A stretch of 64,000 nucleotides of DNA from Piedraia hortae CBS 480.64 (GCA_010093745.1 MU005985.1:1-64000), one strand, 5' to 3'. Positions 12,401 to 23,941 are shown, counted from the first letter of the stretch. The notes: generated by a model from the letters alone, not told the origin. Made by a program: numbers and translations.

Positions 12401-12790
12401 TTGCCGGGTGAGCTTCGCTGGGAATTTGTACTCCCTGTTCGCTACTGCCGCGACCTGGGCCCAAGTCTTTATTCCCATGTCGGCTGTTTCCTTTTTGGTA
12501 TTTCCGACGGCATTCTTAACCGCCTTTGTCACTGCCCCTTCGATGCGCGTCTTGTCGCGTTTCAACGCGAGGTTTACAAGGCTCCGAACAAGGCCAGCAA
12601 TTCCTTCATCCAGTGTCTGATTATCCGATTCCCTTCTCTCCGTCACCAAGCGATAGAAGGTATTCAAGGTGCTCAAGAAAACGTCGTCGACGAAGGTCTT
12701 AATCTCTCCGTTTGCGTTGGTCGCGTGTCGCGGCGGGTGCGCCACCTTGCGAACCTGCACTACTCCTGCCCTCCTTCAGACGTGCGCGAG
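9470..12790 (-). mobile_element. Tad1-like LINE, degenerate and 3'-truncated (ORF1 gag-like, APE endonuclease, first half of RT)
   Basis: ORF1 zinc knuckles CYKCYRWEHKAKFC, CPHCGSGAH, CANCEGEHPAFSGNC. Endonuclease motifs IIAIQEP, GDFNTH, TLDL, SDH. RT motifs KAPGLD, YRPIALPSAVGKIME, LDLKGAFDNVNH. Many frameshifts. Confidence 0.92.
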
Positions 12791-12819
12791 TCGCGCGCGA
12801 CTCTTGCGACATCGTACGG

Positions 12820-13460
12820 ATGCTATCAGACTGTATTTGGATGAGATTTCACGTATTTGCGATTCTCGTGATGGGATGTTCGGGGGTACATATCCTCACG
12901 GGCCAATAACCTTGGCGCCTAGAAACCAAGATAGTTCGCCGAGATGTGTGAGCTCGAAAGTGTTGCCCAGTTGTCCCTTGCACGCTTGTGCATGCCTCTT
13001 GTCCTTTGGATGGTATGGAAAACCGATATTATCTACGTAGTAGAAGACGATGAGCCGATAATCTGTGTACAGGCACTTGATTCCCGTCAATGGTGAGGTT
13101 GGATATTATCATGCCCCTTGGAGTTATGGCGGGTTGCAAATCAGATTGCATCCAAGGTTGTGATTGCTTTTTCCATTATTTCGGAAGTGCTGCAGTGTGC
13201 CATGCTTTCTTGTAGAAGATTGTTGGCCTAAAGTTATCATTGCGCTGGGTACACCAAATGCTGAGCCGACTACCCCTATCGTGGTCACGGACCATTTCCT
13301 GTTCACCTAAGTAGCTCGAAGAAGTTCAAAGCTTATTTCCTTCGGGAAAGTCGTAAGGTGTTTGTACCAGATACTCGGTGCCTTGTTCGGCTTGCACACC
13401 TTTCAATTGTCTCCATAATCAGTCGGCTGTCCCACGTAGACTTCATCCCTTGAAGCCACT
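12820..13460 (-). mobile_element. Ty1/copia reverse-transcriptase remnant
   Basis: DEVYVGQPTDY..KVCKPNKAPSIWYKHL, LIVFYYVDNI (degenerate YVDD), LGELSWFLGAKV. Confidence 0.8.
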
Positions 13461-14044
13461 GGTTCATCCTGGTTATTTATACTCATCACGCGAGCGATGG
13501 CCGGTTGAAAGCATCGCTGTGCTTTGCGTAGGAGCTTTCTCTGAGCTGGTAGATCGCAAGCCTCTCTATCAGCATGACATGGATGCAATGAAAGTCACGC
13601 TGCTTGAAAAAGATTTTGCAGAGCGCGCCTTGCAGGCTTGAAAGAAAGCCAGATAGTTCCCATCCTCTTGCGATAGGATAGTCATGAATTGAGTGTAGCT
13701 GTAATGCAACATCTGTAGATATTGTATCCCAGCTACGGGCTGCCAGACTTCACGTCTTGTAAGGCGTGAAGTCTACCGAAGATGTGGGTGACATGTTTGT
13801 GTGCGCGGAGCAAGCATGCCCCGCGGACCCTCTCTGGGCCGGACCGCATAATTCGAAGTCACGCATTAGCATGACTGACATTTTCACAAGAGAAACCTCT
13901 GGCGCAACTTATCGGCGACGAAGGAGAATACCAAACCTTTCCCTAACAAGCCGTCCTCGGCAGTTTCTTCTTGCAAAAGCACTCGAAAAAACTGAATCTA
14001 TTCATGATATAAAAGTTTTCAACGAGATATAACATCCAGCGTAA

Positions 14045-16561
14045 TCAAACATCTTTCACTCTCAAAGCCCTCCTGCTTCCATCTACATCAAGTCCCTCGA
14101 GAGAAGGATACCGTTTGTAAAACTCCTCTTCCAAGTCATCATCTCCTGCAAGGTCCTGTTGCGCCGCAGGAGGGTAATCTGGCACACCTTCCGAGTCCTT
14201 AGCTAGAAGGGCAGCCAACCGAGAGGACTGTTGCGGTTTAGCTGCAGGCGCAGAATTAGATTTTTGTAACGGTGTCTGCCATTGTCCAGTGCGCAGAGCA
14301 GCTGCTTTGGGCGGCAACGTAGGTTTCGCCGCGGTGCGGTTCATTTGCAGCTGTGCTGGTTTGGCTTGCATGGATCTTTTGGGCACAGACAGCGGTTGGG
14401 AGTCTGTGTAGGGTCCATAGCCCTCTGCCGTTCTCTGGGGGACTGGTGACCGTCGACCTTCGTCCAGTAATGACTGCACCCTCTGTTGGATTGTGCTTGC
14501 TTTGGTTGTGGGTGCACCTCCACCTTCGGCGGCTACGCGGGCTTTGTATGCCGCTGCGGCTTCATTTACGCGCTTTTCTTCTTGAATAAGCTGTCTTCGT
14601 TCAAGCTCGCGCTTGACCTCCGCAGGCAACTCTTCTGTTGAGTCGATTGCGGATTCGACGTCTGAGTGGGTTCGAGACTCTGCTGATCCTGTTACAGCTT
14701 CCAACAGCCGTGGTATTTCTTCGCTTCTGCGTGTGTTGTTGTCATCTGCAGAGTCGCGGTCAAGGCGCTTGCCGAACTTGCCAGCAAATATGGTCTTGGC
14801 TCCTGATAGTGAGCCACCTAAACTACTGCGCTTCCGATGCATGCCAGTTTTCTCGCCGTTGCTGGACTTCCTCGAAGTTTCACCTCCCTCATTACTGCGC
14901 AAGTAATCGACTGTATTGCTGATGTGCGAGTCTGGACCCTGCGATGCTGGTCGAGAACGATTTCGCATTGATCGCGCCCGATTCAGCTCTTGATCTTTCA
15001 GAAAGTCCAAGTTAGAGTCAAAGTGGCCACTAGATGGGCGAGATAGAGGATGGGCTGATCTGTTCCTGGTCTCATTAATGCCTTTTTCAGGGCCGGGCTG
15101 AAGCGAGGCCCGTGGCTGGCTGGTTGAACGATGATGATCAGGAACTTCCCACACCGGTCTCGTAGGTATGCTGAGGTTCAAAGTACTTTGTCGAGATGCT
15201 GGGGGCGAAGGGCCAACACCTGTAGATTTGTATTGCACTCCCGGTCGAACAGAAGGCTGTTCGGGCTTTTCCACTGGGCTTGGCGCAAAGGAGAAAGGCT
15301 TCTTTTGATTTGTAATTGAAAATGTCTCTAAAGATGGAAAACGCTCTGAGGCGTTTGTGACGGTGCCTTTCGCGTCCAATGCGGCAAATGGATCTGACTG
15401 AACTGAAGACGGGGTTGTTTTAGTAGCTTGTACCGGCTGCGATGGTCTACCTCGCCTCATGGGCGTTATATCTGGGATATTCTGAGCGACTGTGGGGATC
15501 TCCACAGGACGCAGGCTAACGGACGAAGGCGGGGCCTCGTTCTGCCGAGTTTCGGAAGCGGTACGGCTGGAGTAGATGTCCTTGATGGGAATCGCAATGC
15601 CACGCATACTACACGTTTCGGCAATGACCTGATAGATGTTGGGTCGTTGTTTTGGATCTTCCCTCAGCATGCAGCCAATGAGCTTCTTCAATCTGGTGGA
15701 AAAGACGGGATACGAAGGATAGTCAAACGTCGCGTTGAGGATGGCCATTTGGCCGGCATTTTCAAACGGAGTTGTGTAGTAACACAGCTTGTACAGGAGC
15801 ACACCCAGAGCCCAGATGTCTGATTTCTCGTCAATCGGCTGTTTCCGCCAGACGTCAACCATCTCCGGACTCCGATACTGCATGGTTGTATGCTTCTGTA
15901 CATCTTCCTCAATCATGCGACCCTCTGCAGCCGTCGTAGCTGCAAGTCGTGGAGGCGCCGCACTTCCAAGATCGCACAACTTGTACGTTGGCGAGTCGGA
16001 GCCCGGGGAGCGAGAAATGAGAACATTTTCCACCTTCAAGTCTCGGTGCAAAAGTGGCGGCTTAAGGTAGTGCATTGTAGCCACACCCTCAGCCACATCG
16101 CCAAAGACCTTGAGGATCTCAGGTTCAGTCAGCCGGTGCTGGAGCCGCGTGTTCATAAAGTCTATCAACCCCCCACCGGCACAATACTCCATCAGAAGAA
16201 AAACCTCATACCCACCACCTTTGAGCTGCGATGCGTGGCTGTCCATATAGGTGACGACCTTTTGGTGGCCCCTGAGCTTCTTCATTGTCTCAACTTCGGT
16301 CCTCATATTGGCTAGGTGTTCTTTATCCGGTACAGCCACACGCTTCAGCACCGCAAGTTCATGCTTGTTGTTGTCTCGCGGCACCCGCACCACGTAGACG
16401 TGTGCAAACCCGCCCTCTGAGAGGTATTTCTCCACCGTCACGCGGTGGGATCCGACCTGGACTTTGGTGCCGGGAAGAAATGTGCCCGCTGGTTGGCGCG
16501 GGTTCGTATACGGATTGCTGATAGGTCCCCCGCGACGGGGGAGCGCTGAGGCGGCGGCCAT
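14045..16561 (-). CDS. ARK1: Ark1/Prk1-family (NAK) actin-regulating Ser/Thr kinase
   Basis: LSEGGFAHVYVV, VLKRV, PPLLHRDLKVEN, HTTMQYRSPEM, DIWALGVLLYKLCYY. Long disordered tail with DPFAAL and FYKRYPSL. Confidence 0.92.
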   Translation of the reverse strand: MAAASALPRRGGPISNPYTNPRQPAGTFLPGTKVQVGSHRVTVEKYLSEGGFAHVYVVRVPRDNNKHELAVLKRVAVPDKEHLANMRTEVETMKKLRGHQKVVTYMDSHASQLKGGGYEVFLLMEYCAGGGLIDFMNTRLQHRLTEPEILKVFGDVAEGVATMHYLKPPLLHRDLKVENVLISRSPGSDSPTYKLCDLGSAAPPRLAATTAAEGRMIEEDVQKHTTMQYRSPEMVDVWRKQPIDEKSDIWALGVLLYKLCYYTTPFENAGQMAILNATFDYPSYPVFSTRLKKLIGCMLREDPKQRPNIYQVIAETCSMRGIAIPIKDIYSSRTASETRQNEAPPSSVSLRPVEIPTVAQNIPDITPMRRGRPSQPVQATKTTPSSVQSDPFAALDAKGTVTNASERFPSLETFSITNQKKPFSFAPSPVEKPEQPSVRPGVQYKSTGVGPSPPASRQSTLNLSIPTRPVWEVPDHHRSTSQPRASLQPGPEKGINETRNRSAHPLSRPSSGHFDSNLDFLKDQELNRARSMRNRSRPASQGPDSHISNTVDYLRSNEGGETSRKSSNGEKTGMHRKRSSLGGSLSGAKTIFAGKFGKRLDRDSADDNNTRRSEEIPRLLEAVTGSAESRTHSDVESAIDSTEELPAEVKRELERRQLIQEEKRVNEAAAAYKARVAAEGGGAPTTKASTIQQRVQSLLDEGRRSPVPQRTAEGYGPYTDSQPLSVPKRSMQAKPAQLQMNRTAAKPTLPPKAAALRTGQWQTPLQKSNSAPAAKPQQSSRLAALLAKDSEGVPDYPPAAQQDLAGDDDLEEEFYKRYPSLEGLDVDGSRRALRVKDV

Positions 16562-16765
16562 AGTGTCAAGAGCGTCAGCGTATCCAGCTGTGCCAGTCTG
16601 GGTAATGCCTGGATGCCTGAGAATAAGCTCGGTCTCTGATTGGCCAGCCCCGCTCCCGGGGGGACGTTGATGGCTGTCACATGTTTACCAGGGCCAACAA
16701 CATCCCAGACTTTGAGATAACAGAGAAATACCACTACGTCGTTACATCGTATAAACACTGCCCGA

Positions 16766-18412
16766 CTACAGGTCCTGTCGACGGTAAGCATCATAGGCCT
16801 TTGCGCATCGATAAGACGCGGCTTCATTCTTGTCTCCGCCAATGTATGCAGCTACCAGCGGGTAGAGACACAAGGGCCTTGTTAACCTTGCATTATCACT
16901 GCCCCATGGAACAGTGGTGGCATGAAGTGTCTCTGGAGCTTTGTCTTGTTCAACCCACTTGATTAATGCATCAAAAACGCCTATCGGATTGGGTCCCGGC
17001 CCACCTGCGCAGTGGAAGACCCCAGGCGCCTCAAAGTAACGGTAGTAGTTGCGTACATCTGGATCACAGGCCTCAACGAGATCATAATAGCTCGAGGTTC
17101 CGTTTTTGGGGATGATCTGATCAGCAAGTCCGTGCCATGTAATCATCTTGCCCCCGGCCTTTTTGAACTCGGTCAGATCAGGGTCTGCTGTGCCGATAAC
17201 TGACGCAAATTCACTTCTTGACTTTCGAACAATATGTCTGAACATCTCTGCATCCATAGTCTCGGGGTCAAAGTCCGGGTCCTTCATCACCCAGTTGCGA
17301 ATAACATCCGTAGTGAGCGGAAATGGAACCCCATGGCAATGATCCTGTTGGGCATCGCATTCCGTCTTTGCAGTTCCGATAGATGCACCCAGCAGGACAG
17401 CTGAAGTGGGTGTATCTCGCGTGAGACCGTACCAGATCCGCCGACCATGAACATCATGAGGTCCCTTCCAGATCTTATCAACAACTTCCGCAGCTGTCCT
17501 CGAAACATAACGTTCTCGTCCCCCACACCTAAACTTATGCCCAACAAGTTCCGTCGCCGTAAAATTGCAAAGCCACTCCGCAGAAATCACCCCATCCCTC
17601 ACACCATCCAGCTCATCACAAGCATCAATAGCCCCCTGACGCAAAACCTCAAACTCACACGGAGGAAGAAAGTAGCCAGCCTCATACATGATCACATGCG
17701 GCCAGATCCCCGCAGCCCAGAACACATCCCAGTTAATCGCCGACGCCGCCGCCAAAATCCCATCATGATCGCCGGCATATCTCTGCGCAGACATCAACCC
17801 CTGACGCCCACCCGTCGAACACCCCGTCCAGTAAGAATACTTCGGCCCTTTCCCATAGAAAACCCCAACAACCTGCTTCGCAACCTTCGGCAAATCCCCT
17901 ATACTCCTCGAAGCAAAATCATTAATCCCGTACCAATTCGTATTCCCCGGACTTGTCAAGGCCCAGTCCTCCGAGTTAAAAAGATCCGCAAAAGGAACAA
18001 AAACCGAGTGCCCACCATCGGTATTCGCTGCTGCGTAACCCATAGAAACCGGTTCCGCGAGACCCCCTTCACCACCTGCTACTAGACCCCCGCCCCCAAC
18101 GCTCATGTACCGTCCATTCCAGTTGTCGTTCAGTGGCAGCCAGACGTAGATATGCACGCGATCGTTCCAGCCGGGGTGGGTTAAGCTGACGGTTACGTTG
18201 CAGAAGTCTATTGGTTTGGCTTGGGCAGGATGGTCAAGGCCTGTGGCGTAGCTTGCGTCGTTGAGGTATTGCCATTGTAGAGTTGTGGAGACGTCGAGGA
18301 TTTGGGTCCCAGGGACGGCAATCTCGGTGAAGTAGCTGGGGTCGCATCGGCTGGGGCGCCCCGCGTATGCGGAAAGGGAGAGGGAGGCGGGGAGAGGCCA
18401 GTGGGGTTTCAT
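16766..18412 (-). CDS. Tannase / feruloyl esterase family hydrolase
   Basis: WNGRYMSVGGGG, GCSTGGRQG nucleophile elbow, GGKMITWHGLAD, PGVFHCAGG, TRPLCLYP. Intronless, 548 aa. Confidence 0.93.
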   Translation of the reverse strand: MKPHWPLPASLSLSAYAGRPSRCDPSYFTEIAVPGTQILDVSTTLQWQYLNDASYATGLDHPAQAKPIDFCNVTVSLTHPGWNDRVHIYVWLPLNDNWNGRYMSVGGGGLVAGGEGGLAEPVSMGYAAANTDGGHSVFVPFADLFNSEDWALTSPGNTNWYGINDFASRSIGDLPKVAKQVVGVFYGKGPKYSYWTGCSTGGRQGLMSAQRYAGDHDGILAAASAINWDVFWAAGIWPHVIMYEAGYFLPPCEFEVLRQGAIDACDELDGVRDGVISAEWLCNFTATELVGHKFRCGGRERYVSRTAAEVVDKIWKGPHDVHGRRIWYGLTRDTPTSAVLLGASIGTAKTECDAQQDHCHGVPFPLTTDVIRNWVMKDPDFDPETMDAEMFRHIVRKSRSEFASVIGTADPDLTEFKKAGGKMITWHGLADQIIPKNGTSSYYDLVEACDPDVRNYYRYFEAPGVFHCAGGPGPNPIGVFDALIKWVEQDKAPETLHATTVPWGSDNARLTRPLCLYPLVAAYIGGDKNEAASYRCAKAYDAYRRQDL

Positions 18413-18679
18413 GATAACCGGTACGGTTTCCCCGCTCGGGCTGGATTCCTTGGTGGTGCTTTGGTTAGAGGTCTTTCATGAACTGGTGTGGTATGGTAGT
18501 GGCGTTTGTGGCGAGATGATCGCCACTGTGCCTTACATGTACATGTCCACTTTGATATATGCACGCAGAGTGTGAGACTACTTGCGTTTCACTGTGATGA
18601 TACCGCTGACTAGCAAGCTAATGTTTTAAGAGTCCATCGCTGTGAATCAGGCACCATCCCTGTATCATACGTAACCCAT

Positions 18680-19204
18680 TCAATTCTGCCTTGGTTTAAC
18701 CAGCCCATCATGAACGACATAGTAAACAATCGTGCCATCATCCTCAACCGTCGCCAGCAATAATCTCTTTGGATTCTTTAGCCTCCACGGGGAAATCTCA
18801 CTACTAATGATGCCTTCTGCCCCTTCACGCGTATCTGAAAAATGCAATTCTTTGCCCTCATCTTCACCCGGAACTTTACCTATACCATTAAACACTTGCC
18901 CTAGCGTCTTTAAATTCCACCTTTGTCTCATTTGACTCGGTAGGATCCACTCTCTTTCTGCTCTTGCGGTAGCGCCCTGTTCGAGGAGGGCGATTTGTTC
19001 GTCCGGATGCGTGTATAAGGGTTTGGGCGGAAGGCCTGACAAGAGTATCGACTCCTCTGAATTATGGATGCGCACTGCGCGCCAATTGTGTTGGTAATAG
19101 AGGTTGTGGGCGATTTGAAGGGCAAGGGCTCTGGTTGGAGGGTCATCCGGGGATGAGTTGGACTGGATGAAGGAGTCTAGTGCCGAGACCTTTTCCTTGA
19201 GCAT
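18680..19204 (-). CDS. SEN15: tRNA-splicing endonuclease subunit Sen15
   Basis: HNLYYQHNW, LSGLPPKPLYTHPDEQ, EREWILP, KRLLLATVEDDGTIVYYVVHDGLVKPRQN. First ATG at 19204. Confidence 0.88.
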   Translation of the reverse strand: MLKEKVSALDSFIQSNSSPDDPPTRALALQIAHNLYYQHNWRAVRIHNSEESILLSGLPPKPLYTHPDEQIALLEQGATARAEREWILPSQMRQRWNLKTLGQVFNGIGKVPGEDEGKELHFSDTREGAEGIISSEISPWRLKNPKRLLLATVEDDGTIVYYVVHDGLVKPRQN

Positions 19205-19375
19205 GGTTTCGGGGTGCAAAGACAGCCCGTGCTTGAGCGGACGTTGTTGCTGTTCTTGTTCCGCGACCTGACGCAGTGTTCCGCTGTCAAGGACCGGCCC
19301 GCGGCAGGAACCCTTGGTGACCCCGCACCTACTACCCTGGCGTCGCACCGTTAGTGCGGGAAGATCACACCGAGT

Positions 19376-20215
19376 TTACTTTTGCATCTCCAAGTCTTCA
19401 TCGTTCTCGACTTTGACAGCCTTCCTCCCCTCCAAGAATGCAATTAGTCCTCCAGCGGCCGCAACTCCACAAGCCAGCGCGATGAATAATCCCGTCGCCC
19501 ACGCCGGGCGGTTATACCGACTCATCCCCCACATGAACCCACACAAACACGCCTGTAGTGCCGTGTTCGCGATCTGCGCCCACACAAAGACATCCATCTT
19601 CCACATTGCGGTGGTGGGTTGTTTGTCGAGTCGGAACCAGTCGTAATAACCCGTAAGTACCCTCAACGGCTTGAGCTTCTTCTCCTTCCCAGCTCTTCTC
19701 TCGTTACATAGTCTATAGCGGAGCAAAAAATAGAGATCCCGCAATCTCCAAGGCAAGAACCCAAAACCTGTGACACAAAACAAAGCATTCAGAATCTGGG
19801 AGTCGATTTCAATCCAGACTCGTCGAGGAGAGTTGATATCGTTACAATTCCGATAACGCGGTCCTGGAATAGCGAGGGACTTTGCGGGTGAGAGATGGTG
19901 TTTGGGACGGTCAACCGGTGCCCAGCACATTGCTTTTGACGCATTGCAGAGCAGCAAGAATAGCATGCCGCCCCATGCGACTACATTCAGGCCGTAAAGC
20001 GTCCATAATATCCCTTTCGGGGTCAATAGCCATCTCAAGACCGGGCTCCATTTTGACTTGTGAGGCTTCGTTTCCGGTGTGGAGCCGAGAAGTGGTGTCG
20101 CCGTTGCAGTCGCAGCAACTTCGGCGGTCGCGGCGACGAAACCCGGCGGTGGGGCTGTGTTTAGGACTGTTTCGCCTACGCCATTGCCAAGTTTATCTGC
20201 CAATGATGTGTCCAT
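19376..20215 (-). CDS. Conserved fungal membrane protein (DUF2985-like)
   Basis: LYGLNVVAWGGMLFLLLC, CNDINSPRRVWIEIDSQILNALFCVTGFG, CGFMWGMSRYNRPAW. ATG at 20215. Confidence 0.8.
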   Translation of the reverse strand: MDTSLADKLGNGVGETVLNTAPPPGFVAATAEVAATATATPLLGSTPETKPHKSKWSPVLRWLLTPKGILWTLYGLNVVAWGGMLFLLLCNASKAMCWAPVDRPKHHLSPAKSLAIPGPRYRNCNDINSPRRVWIEIDSQILNALFCVTGFGFLPWRLRDLYFLLRYRLCNERRAGKEKKLKPLRVLTGYYDWFRLDKQPTTAMWKMDVFVWAQIANTALQACLCGFMWGMSRYNRPAWATGLFIALACGVAAAGGLIAFLEGRKAVKVENDEDLEMQK

Positions 20216-20630
20216 CTTGTTCAGCGTATCGTGATGTTTGAATGTGCGGATATGTATGTCTAGATTCGGAAACAGAAAGACATAGGAAATGCACCCGCGA
20301 TGGCTCACTTAGCACATACTTGACAGGCTTGGCAAGAAGGATAGCTGACTCTATGGTCGCGAACCATTTATTGACAGAACCTCGGATGTAGGCGGGGATT
20401 GTTAACCGTTGAGTTTGCGGATCGGACCGCTCGAGATGACATCATCATCCCCCTGTGCCAGAACGAGGGGCGTGGATGACGACGTTCTTGGACACACTTC
20501 TCGCGAGGAGATGACGAGAACATGGAAGTCCTGAAATGGATTTGCACAGTGATAGGTGGTTATTCGTCTTAATATCAACGTTCTAGATTAGTAGGTACAA
20601 AACATTAACATTTATAATGGCAGTAACGGG

Positions 20631-23381
20631 TCAAGTATTTGATGCATCCATCAAATCTAAGCCCAACCCGAGGATAGTATTTTCGTCTTCAGCAGAAGGC
20701 TCACTTTTTATACTCAGCGGATGTTGCACAGAAAGCCCAGGGGCAAGGCCCGGTGTGGTAGGCAGTCCCGGCGTAAGACCCAAACCCGTAGTGGTTGTGG
20801 TAAGACCAGAAAGGTCCTGCTGTGCTGTGTTTAAAACAGAGGACCAGTCTAGGCCGGCAAGATCGTTGTTATTGTTTTCGTCAACGAGATCTCCAAACAC
20901 GGCTGCAGGCGAGTTGAGGTTGAAAGGTGCGAGCCAGCCCGACGATAGATCGTTCCAGAAGCCGGAACCGTTGAGCCCAGTGCCCATATTAGTGATCGGT
21001 GGCCCTTGGTGCTGTGGAAAAGCCGTGTCTGAGTTGAAAAGGTCCAGCGGCGGTTGGAATGCAAAATCATTCATGCCATCATTTTCGCCGTTATCAAAGG
21101 AGTTTAGCCGTGTAAGATCAGGAAGCATATGTGTTGGACTGTGAGCGAGTAAAGGATTAATGTTGGGGAAATTGGATGGGCTGGCTTGGGAGAAGGGTTG
21201 ATGTTGTAGAGGAAAGGGAGGCAGAGTGTTGGATGATTGCTGGGCTTGCGCAGCTTGGGGAGCTTTGCTTTGCCTTCGCCGGTATAATCTCTGGTGAGGT
21301 TGGAGTTTGGAGAAATACTCCTCCACCGTCTGAAGGCCCGTATTTTGCGTCAGTGATCCTTCTGCGTGTACGTCTTCCGGGCGTCCCGGACATGGTTCCT
21401 CGTAGTCAACCCCGCTCACACCGTGGGGGTAGTGGTTGAACCAGTCCCCGTACTGATACACGCTCTGCCCATCTTGCGTTGGCCGACTCTCTCGCGCGGC
21501 ATCAGCACAGCGGCGGTACATGTCTCGTAGTATATCGGTCACGAAATGGAACATGCCCCAATAGCGTTTCATTTTCCCAAGATACTGAATGTTCCACACT
21601 AGGTTTTGTTGGCTGCTGGCTTCAAGCGAGGCATTGTTGGAAAACATGTTGTGGATGTGCACCGTGCTGCTCAGGAAAGCGCAGTATCCGGCAAAAGGGG
21701 CAGTTACAAAGTTGTTGGCAGCGTCACGAATCAACGCCGATACACGGTTCGCCGCTTCAGTCGTGGCTCGATACGAAGACTGCACAAACTCGGCCGGCAC
21801 ATCTTTGGCGAGTCCGAGTCGCGTTTTGGGAAAGGGCACGGCAAAGCGGTTCATGAAAAGGAGGATATGGTTGTGCACAATGTGCATGAAAACAAACTGG
21901 TTGGCCATCTGCTGGCTGCTGTAAATCTGCAGATTTTCTGGTGTGTTATGCAACGATAGCGGCAGTGACTCCAGCCACGCATCTGCCGACCGTCTGATGG
22001 ACTGGAAAATCGACTTCTCCTCCCATGTTGCGTATGCGTCTTTTTCCCGTCCACCCAGGTTGAAGTAGCGCGTGAGCTCGCCCCAAATGGCCACCAGACG
22101 AATTGTATAAGCAGCCACACCCAAGTTGCTCGTGTTTCCTTCCTCATCCTTTGTGCCCTCGAGATTTTCCGTTCGCCCCGAAACTTCCATGCGGAAATAA
22201 TCCTCCCTGATGGGCAAAGGCGCACGAATGTACTGGTTGGAGATGAATAGTGGCCTGTCGGTGCCTGAAGAGCTGAACCGATCCATCAAGAAGCAACTCC
22301 ACATTACGCGGCGCTGAATTTCCAGCTCCGTTACGCTGAGGTCGTTACGACCCGTGATTGGCTCATGGTCTAGATCTCGGTGTAGCTGCAGGGCGTATGC
22401 CATTCGCTGAGCCATGCCACCAAACATCCAGCTGCGGCCACCATGACAGGTTCCAAGCTCGTGCAGTGCTAGGATGAGATAGACAATAATGATTGTGATG
22501 TTGGGCGTATCGTACCGCCGGAGAGAAATCTCGCGAGCCACAGAGGCCCACTGCTCACCGCGGAGGAACGAAGGCTCCGTCTGCAGGGCCGGATGGTGCG
22601 AGAAGCGGGCGGAAATGGCGCAAACCGCCAGCACCAGAACGGGAGGTAGTGAACCCTGGGCCAGACGGCACATAAAGGTCGGCTTGTGCAGCAGATAGTA
22701 CGACTGGCCGTAAACATGATTGAAGAAGACCTCAGCTAGATGCTCTTGCAGCTTTAGCGGCGGCAGCTGGTCGGCGCCGTCGTTCAACAGGCCCGGCCCG
22801 GTAGCTGGCCGCGTTAGCAAGGCACGAGCCGGAACTCCAGCCTTGGCCCACTCGTCCAGCTCATCGCAAAACGCTTGACTGGCGCCGCGCTTTCGCCCGG
22901 CCGGTGTCTTCTGCGGCGATGCGGCTGGCTTGACAACGGCGCGACCTGTCTCGGCTGTCAGACCCTGCTCGTCTTTGGGCATCAGCTTGATGATGCGATC
23001 CTCCATGCGCTTCAGACGGCGGTCCAGCATGGCCATGTAGTCGGTGCGCGGCGCGGCCTTGTGTGTCGTGAACTTGTATACGCATGGGATGCGTGACCGT
23101 AGGCAGTGTTTGCACGCCGGCTTCTCGCCCGAGCACCGGATCTTCTTGCGACGACATGCCATGCAGGCCAACGGAAGCCGCTTGCGCTCCTTACCAGCCT
23201 TGGTCTTCAACTCACTCCACGGTGGCGGCGCTTCGACTTCGAGATCGTTGGCCTGGCTGGTCGAGTCGGCGGCGCAAAGGCTCCGCTTCGAGCTGCTCTG
23301 CTCGACTCCGACGCGGATGCCATCCGGCGGCATCTGGAGCGCGTCGGTACCGGCCGCGCGCGGCTCCGGGTCGGAAGCCAT
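20631..23381 (-). CDS. Zn(II)2Cys6 fungal transcription factor with middle-homology region
   Basis: ACMACRRKKIRCSGEKPACKHCLRSRIPC and RRVMWSCFLMDR, with an acidic/Q-rich tail. First in-frame ATG at 23381; the ORF-track start at 23522 is GTG, so the true start is uncertain. Confidence 0.93.
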   Translation of the reverse strand: MASDPEPRAAGTDALQMPPDGIRVGVEQSSSKRSLCAADSTSQANDLEVEAPPPWSELKTKAGKERKRLPLACMACRRKKIRCSGEKPACKHCLRSRIPCVYKFTTHKAAPRTDYMAMLDRRLKRMEDRIIKLMPKDEQGLTAETGRAVVKPAASPQKTPAGRKRGASQAFCDELDEWAKAGVPARALLTRPATGPGLLNDGADQLPPLKLQEHLAEVFFNHVYGQSYYLLHKPTFMCRLAQGSLPPVLVLAVCAISARFSHHPALQTEPSFLRGEQWASVAREISLRRYDTPNITIIIVYLILALHELGTCHGGRSWMFGGMAQRMAYALQLHRDLDHEPITGRNDLSVTELEIQRRVMWSCFLMDRFSSSGTDRPLFISNQYIRAPLPIREDYFRMEVSGRTENLEGTKDEEGNTSNLGVAAYTIRLVAIWGELTRYFNLGGREKDAYATWEEKSIFQSIRRSADAWLESLPLSLHNTPENLQIYSSQQMANQFVFMHIVHNHILLFMNRFAVPFPKTRLGLAKDVPAEFVQSSYRATTEAANRVSALIRDAANNFVTAPFAGYCAFLSSTVHIHNMFSNNASLEASSQQNLVWNIQYLGKMKRYWGMFHFVTDILRDMYRRCADAARESRPTQDGQSVYQYGDWFNHYPHGVSGVDYEEPCPGRPEDVHAEGSLTQNTGLQTVEEYFSKLQPHQRLYRRRQSKAPQAAQAQQSSNTLPPFPLQHQPFSQASPSNFPNINPLLAHSPTHMLPDLTRLNSFDNGENDGMNDFAFQPPLDLFNSDTAFPQHQGPPITNMGTGLNGSGFWNDLSSGWLAPFNLNSPAAVFGDLVDENNNNDLAGLDWSSVLNTAQQDLSGLTTTTTGLGLTPGLPTTPGLAPGLSVQHPLSIKSEPSAEDENTILGLGLDLMDASNT

Positions 23382-23941
23382 GAGTAAGTCGCCGTCGCGT
23401 CGTCGTCTACTACCCGAATGGCGTGCCCCAGCATCGCTCAACCAAAGGAGCTGAGGTTCAGGGGCCCAAGATGGGTCGATGAGGTGGGGTTGGGGCCGCC
23501 CTCTTCCCCGCGCCTCTTGCACCTCATCGTGCCGCGGTCCCCTCTCACCCCTCGCCTCCTCTACCCCTCCACCATTGCTGATTGCTTGTCATGTAGAGTT
23601 AGGGGCGAACGTCACCGTTGGTGATGCCTGTCAGCGGCTCTTTGTGATCAGAAAGCATGCCGCAGCACCCGATGTCATCTCACCCTCATATGATGCCAAG
23701 TGACCTGTTTCACTCCCGACCTGTCAGCGGCATATACGATTGTGGCCCAGTGTCGTGGGGTCACGTCAATTCACCAGTAGCAAATGCAGATAACTCGCTG
23801 TGCGAGGGCTCGGCAACATATAAGTGCAAATCGCTTCAGTTTTAGGATGGGGTGATATCCCACGTGGTAATCGTACCACTCAGGCACTGCGGATACCCCA
23901 CGTTGCCCTTCAACCCAAAGATGTTGAGGGACGGGTATGTA

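Noticed and set aside
9217..12790. Twin-priming inversion of a single LINE
   Set aside because: The pieces are tail-to-tail and the short piece has its own 14-bp TSD, so it is an independent insertion.
7476..13460. Claim that RIP is absent or strong
   Set aside because: The TE relics are not visibly AT-rich, yet a few CpA-to-TpA-type changes occur elsewhere in the window. This cannot be decided without computing RIP indices.
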